A stretch of DNA of 64,000 bases from an uncultured Acidobacteriota bacterium (GCA_963702425.1 CAVPCQ010000028.1:35990-99989), one strand, 5' to 3'; positions 40,298-51,386 are shown, counted from the stretch's first letter. Notes: generated by a model from the letters alone, not told the origin. Program-made: numbers and translations.

Positions 40298-43200
40298 TCA
40301 GCCTCTTCTTCCCGCCGCCAGCCCGTAGAGCGCCGGGAGCACGAGCAGCGTCAGGATCGTCGAAGTCACGATCCCGCCCATCACGATCACCGCCAGCGGC
40401 TTCTGGATGTCGGCCCCGGGCCCGGTGGCGAAGACCATCGGGACGTGGCCGATGAAGCTCGTCAGCGCGGTCATGAACAGCGGCTTGAAGCGCCGGTCGC
40501 ACCCCTCGAGTACCGCGACCTCGACTCCCTCGCCGCCAGCCCGCAGCTGCCGGATGGTGGCGACGAGCACGACGCCGTTCTGGACGGCGATGCCGAGCAA
40601 CACGATGAAGGCGACCGCCGCGGAGACCGAAAGGTGCATTCCCAGGGCGACCGCGGGCACCACGCCTCCGGCCAGCGCGAACGGCAGGGCCAGCAGCACG
40701 AGCAGCGAATCGCGCAGCGAGCCGAGCGCTGCGACCATCAGCAGGACGATCAGAGCGAGCACGACCGGCAGCACGATCGTCAGCCGGGCCATCGCGCGCT
40801 GCTGGTTCTCGAACTGGCCGCCGTACTCGACGCGGTAGCCGGGGGGGAGGGTCGCGAAGAGGGGGAGCAGCCGCTCGCGGACGTCGTGTACGAAGCCGCC
40901 CAGGTCGCGGCCGCGCACGTTCGCCTCGACCACGACGCGCCTCATCGCGCCCTCGCGGCTGAGCTGGGCCGGCCCCTCCCGCCGTTCGAACCGCGCGACC
41001 TGGGCCAGGGGCACCCTTTCCCCGCCGGGGGCGGGGACCAGGAGCGCGCCCAGCGCACGCTCGTCCGACCGGGCCTCCGGGGGGAAGCGCACGGCGACTT
41101 CGACGTGGCGCTGATCTTCGATGAAGTGCGTCGCGGTGCGCCCGCCGACGCCGTCCTCCAGCAATGAGTTGACCGCGGCGGGATCGAGACCGAAGCGGGC
41201 CAGGGCCTCGCGGTCCATCTCGACCTCGAGGTGAGTCATGCCGGCCACCTGCTCCACCTTGACGTCGCGAGCGCCCTCGACCGTGCCGAGCTCGGCTGCC
41301 GCGCGGTCGGCAAACCGCTTCATGACCTCGAGGTCGGTGCCGAAGATCTTGAGCGCGAGGTCGCTCTTCACCCCGGAGACCAGTTCGTTGACCCGCAGCG
41401 CGATCGGCTGCGAGAAAGAGGACCGGATCCCGGGGACTCCGGCGAGTCGCGCGCTCATCGCCTCGACGAGTTCCCCCTTCGAGCGGCCGGAAGTCCACTC
41501 GCTCGACGGCTTCAGCATCACGAAAACGTCGCTCTGTTCGGGACCCATCGGGTCCTCGGAGATCTCGGCGCGGCCGGTCTTGGTGACGACCGTGGCCACC
41601 TCGGGGAACTCCAGCAGGAGCCGCTCGAGGAGCGTGCCCGTCGCGACCGAGCCGTCGATCCCGGCGTTGGGCAACCGCACGACGTTGATCGCGATCGACC
41701 CTTCGTCCAGGGCGGGAATGAACTCCGTTCCGAGCAGCGGCGTCAGCGCCACGGCCGCCAGCAGGAAGACCGTGGCCGCCGCGAACGTCCACCACGGAGA
41801 CGCCATCGCGCGCCTCAGCAGCGCGAGGTAGGCCTGGTGGAAGCGGCGCACGAACGCGAATTCGCGCTCCGGACGCTGCGACAGCAGGAGATCCGAGAGC
41901 GGTGGAGCGACGAAGAGCGCGACGGCGAGCGACGTCAGCAGCGCGAAGAGGAGCGCCAGCGCAAGCGGCCGGAACATCTTCCCCTCGGTGCCCTGAAGCG
42001 TCAGCAGCGGCACGAGGACCAGCGCGACGACCAGCACCGAGAAGGCGACCGGCCGGGCGACCTCGGTGAGCGCGGCGACGACCGTCCCGCGCCGGTGCGC
42101 CGGATCGGGCTCCTCGGCGAGCCGTCGCCGCACGTTCTCCACGATCACGATCGAGGCGTCGACGACCATTCCGACCGAGAAGGCCAGCCCCCCCAGGCTC
42201 ATCAGGTTCGCGGTGAGCCCGGCCCAGCGCATCAAGATGAAGGCGTAGAGGAACGAGATCGGCAGCGTCAGCACGACGATCATCGCCATCCGGAAGTCCG
42301 CCACGAAGAGGAACAGCACGATCACGACGAGGACAGCCCCCTGCCACAGCGCGTCGGTCACGGTCTTGAGGCTGGCTTCGATCAGCTCGGTCCGGTCGTA
42401 GAAGACGCTGAGCGAGAGGCCGGGGGGGAGCCGCTCCTGCAGCGCCACCAGCGCGAGCTTGGCGCGCCGCACCACGTCCCGCGAGTTCTCGTCGCGCAGC
42501 ATGATCACCATGCCGGCGACGGTCTCGCCCTTCGCGTCGCGCGTCACCGCGCCCTGCCGGTCCGCCGATCCGATGACGACGTCGGCGACATCCGAGACGA
42601 AGACCGGGGTTCCGTCGTGGGCCGCGAGGACGACCCGCTCGATGTCCTCGACCGCGCGGAACAGCCCCGCGCCGCGCACGTAGTACTGCTCCCAGCCACG
42701 GGTGACCACGCCGGCGCCGGCGTTCGTGTTGTTGCGCTCGACCGCGCCGATGACGTCCTGCAGCGTGAGGCCGTACTGGAGCAGGCGCTCGGGGCGCACG
42801 AGGACTTGGTATTGCTTCACCGCGCCGCCGAGGCTGTTGACCTCCGTAATGCCGGGAATCGTCCTCAATTGCGGCGCAACGATCCAGTCCTGGGCCGTGC
42901 GGCGGTCCATCGGCGAGGCGCCACTCCCCTCGACCGTGTACTGCAGGATCTCGCCGAGCCCGGTGCTCAGCGGCGCCAGCTCGGGCTCCACCCCGGGCGG
43001 CAGGTCGGCGTCCGCTCCGGCGAGGCGCTCGAAGACGAGTTGACGGGCGAAGTAGGAGTCGACACCGTCCTCGAAGACGACGACGACCTGCGAGAGCCCG
43101 GCGCGCGAGGTCGAACGCACCTGCGTCACGCGCGGCAGGCCCCCCATCCGCTGCTCGATCGGCACGGTGACGCGGCGCTCGACGTCCTCCGCGGTCAGCC

Positions 43201-43360
43201 CGGGCGCCTTCGTGATCACCATCGCCTGGACGTTGGTCACGTCGGGGAAGGCGTCGATCGGCAGACGCACCCAACTGATGGCGCCGGCGACGGCGCCGAC
43301 CGCGGCGAGCGCCAGCACGAACCAGCGCCGCGCGAGGAGGAACTCGAAGAAGGAACGCAT
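40298..43360 (-). CDS. czcA: CzcA/CusA-family heavy-metal efflux RND permease
   Basis: LPIDAFPDVT, ANLMSLGGLA, GMVVDASIVIVEN, EGKMFRPLA, QKPLAVIVMGG; 1020 aa. Confidence 0.93.
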   Translation of the reverse strand: MRSFFEFLLARRWFVLALAAVGAVAGAISWVRLPIDAFPDVTNVQAMVITKAPGLTAEDVERRVTVPIEQRMGGLPRVTQVRSTSRAGLSQVVVVFEDGVDSYFARQLVFERLAGADADLPPGVEPELAPLSTGLGEILQYTVEGSGASPMDRRTAQDWIVAPQLRTIPGITEVNSLGGAVKQYQVLVRPERLLQYGLTLQDVIGAVERNNTNAGAGVVTRGWEQYYVRGAGLFRAVEDIERVVLAAHDGTPVFVSDVADVVIGSADRQGAVTRDAKGETVAGMVIMLRDENSRDVVRRAKLALVALQERLPPGLSLSVFYDRTELIEASLKTVTDALWQGAVLVVIVLFLFVADFRMAMIVVLTLPISFLYAFILMRWAGLTANLMSLGGLAFSVGMVVDASIVIVENVRRRLAEEPDPAHRRGTVVAALTEVARPVAFSVLVVALVLVPLLTLQGTEGKMFRPLALALLFALLTSLAVALFVAPPLSDLLLSQRPEREFAFVRRFHQAYLALLRRAMASPWWTFAAATVFLLAAVALTPLLGTEFIPALDEGSIAINVVRLPNAGIDGSVATGTLLERLLLEFPEVATVVTKTGRAEISEDPMGPEQSDVFVMLKPSSEWTSGRSKGELVEAMSARLAGVPGIRSSFSQPIALRVNELVSGVKSDLALKIFGTDLEVMKRFADRAAAELGTVEGARDVKVEQVAGMTHLEVEMDREALARFGLDPAAVNSLLEDGVGGRTATHFIEDQRHVEVAVRFPPEARSDERALGALLVPAPGGERVPLAQVARFERREGPAQLSREGAMRRVVVEANVRGRDLGGFVHDVRERLLPLFATLPPGYRVEYGGQFENQQRAMARLTIVLPVVLALIVLLMVAALGSLRDSLLVLLALPFALAGGVVPAVALGMHLSVSAAVAFIVLLGIAVQNGVVLVATIRQLRAGGEGVEVAVLEGCDRRFKPLFMTALTSFIGHVPMVFATGPGADIQKPLAVIVMGGIVTSTILTLLVLPALYGLAAGRRG

Positions 43361-43368
43361 GACGCGCC

Positions 43369-44766
43369 TCAGTCCGCGCAGCCGGCGCCCATCTTGGCGC
43401 GCAGGACGTCGGACTTGAGCAGAAAGGCCCCCTTCGTGACGATCGTCTGACCCTCCTCGAGGCCGGAGAGGATCTCGACCCGGCCGTCCGCGCTTCGCCC
43501 CGGACGCACGGGACGGCGGACGAAGTAATCGGCGTCCCCCGGCGTCGCCGCGCGGACGAAGAGGAACGGCCGGCCCTCGTCCTCGAGCACGGCCTCTTCC
43601 GGAACGACGATCGCCGTCGTCTCGCCGTCGAGCTGCAGGCGCACCCGCGCGAACATCCCGGCCCGGAGCGCTCCGTCGCGGTTGTCGACGACGACGCGTG
43701 CGCGGATCATGCGGGTCGCTTGGTCGATCGTGCCGCCGAGACGATCGAGGGTCCCGGGAAAGGTCCGCGCCGGGAAGGCGCTCACGGTCACGATGGCCGG
43801 CACGCTCCCGCGGGCCTGTCGCTCGGTCACGGCCCCCAGTTCGCGCTCGCCGATCGCGGTCTCGACCCAGACGACCGAGGTGTCGGCCAGTAGCAGCGCC
43901 CGGTCGCCCGGCTCGACGCGCGCCCCGAGGCCCAGCTCGCGCTCGAGGACGGTCCCGGCGAACGGCGCGCGAACGGGAAGCAACCCGTCGTCCGCCCCGG
44001 GTCCGCGGCCGCCCGGCCCGATCGGGGCATCGGCTCCTGCGGTGCCGATCTCGGCGGCGGTCAGCCCGAGCCGCCCCAGGCGGCTCCGCGCGGCCTCGAC
44101 CGCCGCGTCGGACTGCTCGCGGCGCGCGCGCGCCTCGAGCAGGTCGCTTTCCGGGCAGATCCCGCGCGCGAACAGGTCGGCCTCACGCTCCGCGGCGGAG
44201 CGAGCGACGCGCTGCTCGGCGAGCGCGCGCCGGAACTCCGATCGGGCGTCGCCGAGTTCCACGCTCTCCACCTCGTAAAGCGTCTCTCCGGCACGGACGC
44301 GGTCGCCGAGATCGACCCGGATCGAGCGGACCACGCCGGGAGCGCGCGGTCCGAGCCACGCTGCACGGGCGGCGTCGAGCGCGACCTCGCCGGTCGCGTC
44401 GCGCGGGCCGTTCCAGGGACGGCGCTCGACCACGCTCACGGCGATGCTCCCGTCGGAGGCCGAGAGGATCTCCTGCGGCAGGCGCACGACGCCGACCTCG
44501 TAACGGCACTGGTCGCAGGTATACGTCGGGACTTCGTGCTCGCAGCGGGTCGCCTTCGAGAAGATCGCGGACAGGGGGAGGTCGAGGTCGGAGGGCTCGT
44601 CGGCCGGCTCTGCCCCGGAGTCGTGCGCGTGTTCGACCGCGGGCTCGGTGGCGGCGCGCTCGGTAGAGACCGCGGCGTCGTTCCCGGCGGGGCGGGAGCC
44701 GCACGCCGCGCCGAGCGCGACGCAGGCCAGCAGGAGCGCTAGGAGACCGGATCGCAGGGTCGTCAT
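43369..44766 (-). CDS. czcB: RND periplasmic adaptor (CzcB-like lipoprotein)
   Basis: Lipobox LGAAC, GDRVRAGETL lipoyl motif, VRAPFAGTV, LRAGMFARV; the true start is 44766, within a longer called ORF. Confidence 0.88.
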   Translation of the reverse strand: MTTLRSGLLALLLACVALGAACGSRPAGNDAAVSTERAATEPAVEHAHDSGAEPADEPSDLDLPLSAIFSKATRCEHEVPTYTCDQCRYEVGVVRLPQEILSASDGSIAVSVVERRPWNGPRDATGEVALDAARAAWLGPRAPGVVRSIRVDLGDRVRAGETLYEVESVELGDARSEFRRALAEQRVARSAAEREADLFARGICPESDLLEARARREQSDAAVEAARSRLGRLGLTAAEIGTAGADAPIGPGGRGPGADDGLLPVRAPFAGTVLERELGLGARVEPGDRALLLADTSVVWVETAIGERELGAVTERQARGSVPAIVTVSAFPARTFPGTLDRLGGTIDQATRMIRARVVVDNRDGALRAGMFARVRLQLDGETTAIVVPEEAVLEDEGRPFLFVRAATPGDADYFVRRPVRPGRSADGRVEILSGLEEGQTIVTKGAFLLKSDVLRAKMGAGCAD

Positions 44767-46004
44767 CGGGACTCCTCCGTACCGCCGGCCGCCGGCTCGA
44801 AGCCCATCAGGGCCGCCAGGTCCGAAGCCGCGGTCTGCGCCGCGAGCCGCGCCTCGACCGACCGCAGTTCCACCGCCACGAGATCGCGCCGGGCCGCGAG
44901 CAGCTCGAGCCAGCGGAACTTCCCGCGCCTGTATCCCTCCAGCACCGATTCGTACGTGGCCCGCGCGAGCGGCAGGAGCTCCTCCTGCAGCACGCGCGCG
45001 TCCTCCACGGCGACGAGTGCCTCGATCCGCGCCCGCTGCGCGCCCGCCTGCAGGGCGATGCGCTCGGCTTCCGCGGTAGACACTGCTTCGTCGCGGCGGG
45101 CCTCGGCTTCCGCGATCGCACCTCGCCGGCGATCGAACAGCGGCAGGGGGATCCCGACCGCCGCGACGAACACCGTGTCGTCGGAGCCGGAAAGGCGCCG
45201 AACGCCGCCCAGGAGCGCCACGTCGGGGCGCACCTCGCGGCGCCGCGCTTCCGCCTCCGCTTCCTGTCGTGCGACCGAGGTCCGTTGCGCGGCAAGCGCG
45301 GGCGATGCGTCGACCAGACGCGCGACCTCGTCGGAGCCGGGCGGCGGATCCGGAACGGCGAGCGCGCCCTCCGCCGCGTCGAAATCGGGCACCGGGTCGC
45401 CCCACAGGGCGGCGAGCGCGCTCCGCGCCAGCTCGCACTCGGCGTCGGCGCGGCGCGCCTCGGAGGCGGCAACGATCCGCTCCGCCGTGACGCGCCCGAT
45501 CTCGAGCGTCGCAACCTCCCCGGCTGCCACCAGGGTGCGCACCGTGGTTTCGAGCTCCTCGGTGACGTGGAGGACCTCGCGACGGATCGCGAGCCGGTCC
45601 TGGGCGCCGAGCAGGGTGGTGAAGCGCCGCGCGGTCTCCGCGAGCAGTTCCACGCGCTGCGCGGCCAGGTCCAGCGCCGCCGCCTCGCGGGCGCGTTCCG
45701 CGACCGCGGTGCGGGCGCCCCGCTTGCCGCCCGTCTCGATCGTCTGCTCGAGAGAGAGGGTCGTCTGCGCCTCGTCGTATCCCAGCCCGCCGCCGAAGTC
45801 CTCGGCCTCGAGAAGCACGACGGGATTCGGGAGCGCGCGTGCCTGGAGCACGGCGCCCTCGGCGGCGCGGATCGCCGCCGCGCGGGCGGCGAGGGACGGG
45901 TTCGCCGCCAGGACGCGGGCCCGCGCCTCGGCGAGCGTGATCGGTCCATCGGCCAGGGCCGGCGGGATGGACATGACGGAGAAGAACAGCAGAAAGCGAC
46001 GCAT
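44763..46004 (-). CDS. czcC: TolC-family outer membrane factor (CzcC-like)
   Basis: Signal peptide, ALPNP, IETGGKR, IPLPLFDR, YRRGK; 4-bp overlap with czcB. Confidence 0.88.
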   Translation of the reverse strand: MRRFLLFFSVMSIPPALADGPITLAEARARVLAANPSLAARAAAIRAAEGAVLQARALPNPVVLLEAEDFGGGLGYDEAQTTLSLEQTIETGGKRGARTAVAERAREAAALDLAAQRVELLAETARRFTTLLGAQDRLAIRREVLHVTEELETTVRTLVAAGEVATLEIGRVTAERIVAASEARRADAECELARSALAALWGDPVPDFDAAEGALAVPDPPPGSDEVARLVDASPALAAQRTSVARQEAEAEARRREVRPDVALLGGVRRLSGSDDTVFVAAVGIPLPLFDRRRGAIAEAEARRDEAVSTAEAERIALQAGAQRARIEALVAVEDARVLQEELLPLARATYESVLEGYRRGKFRWLELLAARRDLVAVELRSVEARLAAQTAASDLAALMGFEPAAGGTEESR

Positions 46005-46082
46005 GCGAGGTCCCTCGCGACGAGAGAAGAACGATGGCGCGCGGCCACGTGGCCGCACGCCTGCCCGGCGACAGGGGACCGA

Positions 46083-46469
46083 TCAGATCAGCAGGAAGAC
46101 CGCGGCGAGGGATGCGTGCTGCAGAGTCTTGGCCGGAAGGTCCGCCCGCACGGCCCTGCACGGGCCCGCCGGCTTTGCGTCCGGAAGGAGCAACGCCGCC
46201 TGGAGCGCGGGGACCACGGTGACGGGCGGAGTGGCGCCGAGCGACGCGCCGAAATCGGCGGGAGTATCCGTGCAGTCGTCGGCGCAGTCGCGATCGGATC
46301 CTGCGCCTTCGCCGCAGCACGCCGTGAATAGGAACTCGATCCCCGCGTGCCCGCCCGCGACGCAGAGCGTCGCGAACGGTACGAACAGCACGAGGGCCGC
46401 CGTCGCGAGGAAGGCGGCCAGACGCGCCAGGATTGAACGATGGGCTGCGAGGGTCACGAAGTCGGTCAC
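46083..46469 (-). CDS. Small Cys/His-rich protein leading the czc operon (CzcI-like)
   Basis: TM segment, LCVAGGH...ACC...DCADDCTD, hydrophobic C-terminus; first gene before czcCBA. Confidence 0.65.
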   Translation of the reverse strand: MTDFVTLAAHRSILARLAAFLATAALVLFVPFATLCVAGGHAGIEFLFTACCGEGAGSDRDCADDCTDTPADFGASLGATPPVTVVPALQAALLLPDAKPAGPCRAVRADLPAKTLQHASLAAVFLLI

Positions 46470-46508
46470 CGGGTCATCATAGGCTCGGGAGCGGGTTTCG
46501 CCACGGGC

Positions 46509-47696
46509 TCACCTCCGGAACAGCATCCCCATCAACCCGTGCCCCGGATCGACGAAGAGCCCGGTCTTCCGCGCTTCCGCCTCGGTGTAGCGCGCCCCGC
46601 CGTTCGACCCGATCCCGACCCCCGCGAAGCAGAACGGCGGCGGCGTCCCGTCGTGCGTCTTCGTGCCGACCGGGGTGGGGTGGTCGGCCGCGACGAAGAC
46701 CCGGTACGCGCCGTGCGCGCGCAGCGCCTCGAGCAGCGGGCCGACGATCGCTTCGTCGATCCGCTCGAGCGCCCTGACCTTCTCCGCGGCGTCGCCCAGG
46801 TGGCCCGCCTCGTCGGCCGCCTCGACGTGCACGACGACCAGGTCGTAGTCGTCGAGCGCACGCACCGCAGCGGATCCCTTCCCGTCGAAGTCGGTGTCGA
46901 TGTAGCCCGTCGCGCCCGGGACGTGGATCAGGTCCATCCCCGTCCCGACCGCGAGGCCGCGCAGGATGTCGACACCCGTGATCAGCGCGCCTCGTACGCC
47001 GAAGCGCGAGCGGAAGCTGTCGAGCGCCGTCGGCCGCCCCTGGCCCCAGAGCCAGATGGCCGTCGGGGCGTTGTGGGCGCCGGCGCGCCGGGCGAGCGTC
47101 ACCGGGTGATCTGCCAAGAGGTGCGCCGCGCGCTGCATGAGGTGCATCACCCGCTCGGCGCCCTTCCCGCGGGGCCAGTGGCCGTCCACCGGCTGGTCGG
47201 GGATGTCGTGTGGCGGCTGGCAGCGCAGCTCCATGTCCGCGGCGTCGGAAAGCAGGAGGAGGTTCCGGTAGGACACGCTGGGGTGGAACTCGCAGCCGTC
47301 GCTGCCCAGCGCGGCATTGAGGTCGGCCATGATCCGGTCGGCCTCGGGCTGCGTGATGTGGCCGGCGGTGAAGTCCTTCATCCGGCCGCCTTCGATCGTG
47401 ACCAGGTTGCAGCGGAAGATCATCTGGTCCGGCCGCGCCGAGAGGTGCTTGGCGGCGGCCTCGATCGGCGCGCGCCCCGAGTAGAAACGGTGCGGGTCGT
47501 AGCCGAGCAGCGAGAGCGTCCCGACGTCGGTCCCCGGAGTGAAGCCGGCCGGGATCGTGACCGCGCAGCCGAGCTGGCCCGCGGCCGCGATCGAGTCGAT
47601 GTGCGGGATGCGGGCCGCCTCGAGCGGCGTTTTCCCGCCGAGCTGCGGCACCGGGAAGTCGGCGGCCCCATCGGGGAGAATGATCGCGTACTTCAT
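46509..47696 (-). CDS. apgM: Cofactor-independent phosphoglycerate mutase, ApgM family (family also proposed as a homoserine kinase)
   Basis: MKYAIILPDGAAD...GKTPLEAA, LGYDP, GRAPIEA, HVEAADEAGH, ADHPTP...TH; GGAGG RBS. Confidence 0.9.
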   Translation of the reverse strand: MKYAIILPDGAADFPVPQLGGKTPLEAARIPHIDSIAAAGQLGCAVTIPAGFTPGTDVGTLSLLGYDPHRFYSGRAPIEAAAKHLSARPDQMIFRCNLVTIEGGRMKDFTAGHITQPEADRIMADLNAALGSDGCEFHPSVSYRNLLLLSDAADMELRCQPPHDIPDQPVDGHWPRGKGAERVMHLMQRAAHLLADHPVTLARRAGAHNAPTAIWLWGQGRPTALDSFRSRFGVRGALITGVDILRGLAVGTGMDLIHVPGATGYIDTDFDGKGSAAVRALDDYDLVVVHVEAADEAGHLGDAAEKVRALERIDEAIVGPLLEALRAHGAYRVFVAADHPTPVGTKTHDGTPPPFCFAGVGIGSNGGARYTEAEARKTGLFVDPGHGLMGMLFRR

Positions 47697-47774
47697 CGGG
47701 CCTCCGCGCCGGGAGCGACTGGTCGATAGTATCATCGCGGCGCGGCAACCCCGCGACGCCAGGAGAGAACGAAC

Positions 47775-48656
47775 GTGGCCGACACCGACGACATCCGGGA
47801 AACCAAGGACTATTACCTCGACATTCCCGCGCGGCAGGAACCCTTCTTCATGAAGGGCTCCGGGGCGCTCGACTGGGGGATGCAGAACCGGCTGGCCCGG
47901 ATCTTCCGCAAGGAGAGCGGGCGGACCGTGATGCTGGCGATCGACCACGGCTACTTCCAGGGGCCGACCACCGGCCTGGAGCGGGTGGATGTCAACATCG
48001 TCCCGCTGCTCCCGTACACCGACGCCCTGATGCTGACGCGCGGGATGCTGCGCACGACGATCCCGTCGTCGTACCCGCGGGGGATCGTGCTGCGGGCGAG
48101 TGGTGGTCCGTCGATCCTGAAGGAGCTGTCGAACGAGCAGCTCGCGGTCGACATCGAGGACGCGATCCGGCTCGGCGTTTCCGCGATGGCGGTGCAGGTC
48201 TACATCGGCGGCGAGTTCGAGACGCAGTCCGTTCACAACCTGACGCGGCTGGTCGACCTCGGGAACCGCTATGGGATCCCGGTGCTGGGCGTGACCGCGG
48301 TCGGCAAGAACCTGGTCCGCGATGCGCGCTACCTGGGGCTGGCGTGCCGGATCTGCGCCGAGCTGGGGGCGCACGTCGTCAAGACCTACTACTGCCCCGA
48401 GGGGTTCGAGACGGTGACCGCGTCGTGCCCGGTGCCGATCATCATGGCGGGCGGGAAGAAGCTCCCGGAGCTGGAGGCCCTGACGATGGCCCACCGCGCG
48501 ATCGGCGCGGGCGCGGCCGGGGTCGACATGGGGCGCAACATCTTCCAGTCCGAGCACCCGATCGCGATGCTCGAGGCCGTCGCGCGCGTCGTCCACGACA
48601 AGCTCGCTCCGGCCGACGCGTACGAGGTCTACAAGGAGCAGCGGGCGGGCGCATGA
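47775..48656 (+). CDS. lsrF: 3-hydroxy-5-phosphonooxypentane-2,4-dione thiolase LsrF (class I aldolase fold)
   Basis: [59 protein letters not shown]. Confidence 0.92.
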   Translation: MADTDDIRETKDYYLDIPARQEPFFMKGSGALDWGMQNRLARIFRKESGRTVMLAIDHGYFQGPTTGLERVDVNIVPLLPYTDALMLTRGMLRTTIPSSYPRGIVLRASGGPSILKELSNEQLAVDIEDAIRLGVSAMAVQVYIGGEFETQSVHNLTRLVDLGNRYGIPVLGVTAVGKNLVRDARYLGLACRICAELGAHVVKTYYCPEGFETVTASCPVPIIMAGGKKLPELEALTMAHRAIGAGAAGVDMGRNIFQSEHPIAMLEAVARVVHDKLAPADAYEVYKEQRAGA

Positions 48657-50775
48657 AGAGCCGGTGGGCGGCGGAGGAGGCGGGGACGCGCGAGGACGGG
48701 ACCGGGCGCGAGGAGCGCGAAGGCGAGACTGCGACGGCCGCGCTCGCCTACGCCAGCCGGCTGCTCGGCGCCGAGACGTCGCTCGTGCTGCACGGCGGCG
48801 GGAACACGTCGGTCAAGACGCCGCTCGCCGACGGCACGCGGAACCGTCGTCCCGGCGCTCGTCGTCAAGGCCTCGGGCGTCGACCTGGCGTCGATCGGGC
48901 CGGAGGGGTTCGTGCCGCTCGAGATGGCGGCGCTGCTGCGGCTGCGTCCGCTCGCCGAGCTCGACGATCTCGACATGGTCCACGAGCTGCGCCGCGCGAC
49001 GCTCTGGCCGGGCTGCGGCGACCCGTCGATCGAGGCGCTGGTGCACGCCTTCCTGCCGGCGCGCGTGGTCCTCCACACGCACGCCGACGCGATCCTCGCG
49101 CTGACGAACCGGCGCGGCGGGGAGGCCGTCGCACGCGAGGCGCTCGGCGGCGGCGTCGCTCGTGCTGCCGTACGTCGAGCCGGGTTTCCGCCTGGCGAAA
49201 GCGGCGGCGGAGCTGGCGGAGAGCCTCGCCGGGCGCGATCGGCATGGTCTGGAGCCGGCACGGCGCCGTGGCCTGGGGCGACGACGCGCGCGAGGCCTAC
49301 GAGCGGATGATCGAGATCGTGACGCGGGCCGAGCGCGTTCCTGGACCGGCGGGCCGTCAGCGTGCCGGTGGCGGCTGCCGCCGCGGCGGCCGACCCGGCG
49401 ACGCTCGCGCGCCTGCTCGCGCTCGCTCCGATCCTGCGCGGCGCGCTGTCGCCCGAGAGCGGCGACGCCGACCGGCCGAAGCGGCCGATCGTCCTGCGCT
49501 CGCTGACCGATCCCGCGGTGCGCGACGTTCGTGGACGCCTCGGACGCGCGGGAGCTTGGCGTCGACGCCGCCCCTGACCTCCGACCACCTGATCCGGACC
49601 AAGGCGCAGCCGCTCTTTCTCGAGGGCCTCGCCTGGGACGACGCAGCGCGCCTGCGCGGGCAGGTGGCCGACGCGGTCGCGGCCTACGCCGCCGAGTACG
49701 CGGGCTACATCGAGCGCGGCGCCGAGCGGAACTGCCGGACAGCATCGTTCCGTTCGATCCGCTGCCGCGCGTCGTGCTGGTGCCCGGCGTCGGCGCGTTC
49801 TGCGCCGGCGAGCGATGCGCGGGCCGCCACGATCGCGGCCGACATCACGGCGCACACGCTGGCGGTCAAGGCGCGCGTCGGAGGGCGAATACGAGGGGCT
49901 CAGCGAAGAGCAGCTGTTCGACATGGAGTACAAGCCGCAGCAGCACGCCAAGCTCGCGCGCCAGGCCGGCCCCGCTCGCGGGACACGTCGCGCTGATCAC
50001 CGGGGCGGCCGGCGCGATCGGCGCGGGCGTGGCGCGCGGCCTGCTCGACGCCGGCTGCGCCGTGGTGATCACCGACCTGCCGGGCGCCGCGCTCGACGGG
50101 CTGGCCGCGGAGCTGCGGCGCGAGTACCCGCACGCGGTCCTGGCGCTGCCGCTCGACGTCACCGACGAGGCGTCGGTGGCGCAGGCGTTCGGCAGCGTCA
50201 TCCGAACCTGGGGCGGGATCGACCTGGTCGTCGTCAATGCGGGGATCGCGCACGTCTCGCCCCTGGCGACGATGGACCTGGAGGCCTTCCGCCGGCTCGA
50301 GCGGGTCAACGTCGAGGGGACGCTGCTGGTGCTGCGCGAGGCGGCGCGGCTGTTCGAAGCGCAGCAGACCGGAGGCGACGTCGTGCTGGTCTCGACCAAG
50401 AACGTCTTCGCGCCCGGGGCGACGTTCGGCGCGTACAGCGCGACCAAGGCCGCGAGCCACCAGTTGGCGCGGATCGCCAGCCTGGAGCTGGCCGCGCTCG
50501 GCGTGCGCGTCAACATGGTCGCGCCCGACGCGGTGTTCGGCGAGGCGGCGCGGCGCTCCGGGCTATGGGCCGAGGTCGGGCCGGGCCGGATGCGCGCCCG
50601 CGGGCTGGACGAGAAGGGGCTCGAGGAATACTACCGCGAGCGCAACCTGCTCAAGGCGCGCGTCACCGCGGAGCACGTCGCGCGCGCGGTGCTCTTCTTC
50701 GCGACGCGCCAGACGCCGACGACCGGCGCGACGATCCCGGTCGACGGCGGGCTTCCGGACGCGACGCCGCGGTAG
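48653..50775 (+). CDS. Bifunctional class II aldolase / short-chain dehydrogenase (frameshifted in this sequence)
   Basis: SRLLG...[26 protein letters not shown]; [24 protein letters not shown]; ATGA overlap with lsrF. Confidence 0.85.
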
Positions 50776-50778
50776 CGG

Positions 50779-51159
50779 CTACCGCCGCGGGGGGAGCACC
50801 ACCGGCAGGTCGGTCTTCCGGAAGTCGCGGTCGAGCGTGAGCAGGGGAAGTCCTTCCTCCTTGGCGAGCGCGTAGGCGAAACAGTCGCCCAGGTTGAGCG
50901 GGTAGCGCACCCGAGCGCTCGCGGCGATCGCGGCCTGAGTCGTCGAAGGCGGGACGAACCGGATCGAGGACGAGACCAGCATCTCCCGCAGTGTCGGAAG
51001 AAGCTTCGGTTGGCGGTCCTCGCACAGGATCAGCACCTCGGCGAGATTCACGGTCGACATCGCGAGGTCGCCACGTGACTGCTGCAGTTGGTCGAGCGCC
51101 CAGGGGGCGTCGGCTTCGTTGAACAGGACGGCGATCAGGATCGAGGTGTCGATGACCAC
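50779..51159 (-). CDS. vapC: VapC PIN-domain toxin
   Basis: MVIDTSILIA, NLAE, LNLGDCFAYALA, LLTLDRDF. Confidence 0.93.
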   Translation of the reverse strand: MVIDTSILIAVLFNEADAPWALDQLQQSRGDLAMSTVNLAEVLILCEDRQPKLLPTLREMLVSSSIRFVPPSTTQAAIAASARVRYPLNLGDCFAYALAKEEGLPLLTLDRDFRKTDLPVVLPPRR

Positions 51160-51386
51160 AGGTCGTCCTCGCTCGCGAACCGCCGAGGATGTTTCTCTTC
51201 CGCCCGCAGCCCGAACCCGAGCCAGACCCGGAAATCCGTGGCCCGGCCCTCGGCCTCGAGTCGCTCGAGCGCCTCGCGCACGGCCAACCGGACGGCCTCC
51301 GACTTCTGCGTCAGCCCACGCCGGCGCATGTAGCGGGCCAGATCCCGCTCGAACGCTGCGGTCAGATTGAGGTTCATCTGCTTCAT
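51135..51386 (-). CDS. Putative VapB antitoxin (ribbon-helix-helix-like)
   Basis: Small ORF overlapping the vapC start; MKQMNLNL beta-strand followed by KSEAVRLAVREAL helix. Confidence 0.75.
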   Translation of the reverse strand: MKQMNLNLTAAFERDLARYMRRRGLTQKSEAVRLAVREALERLEAEGRATDFRVWLGFGLRAEEKHPRRFASEDDLWSSTPRS

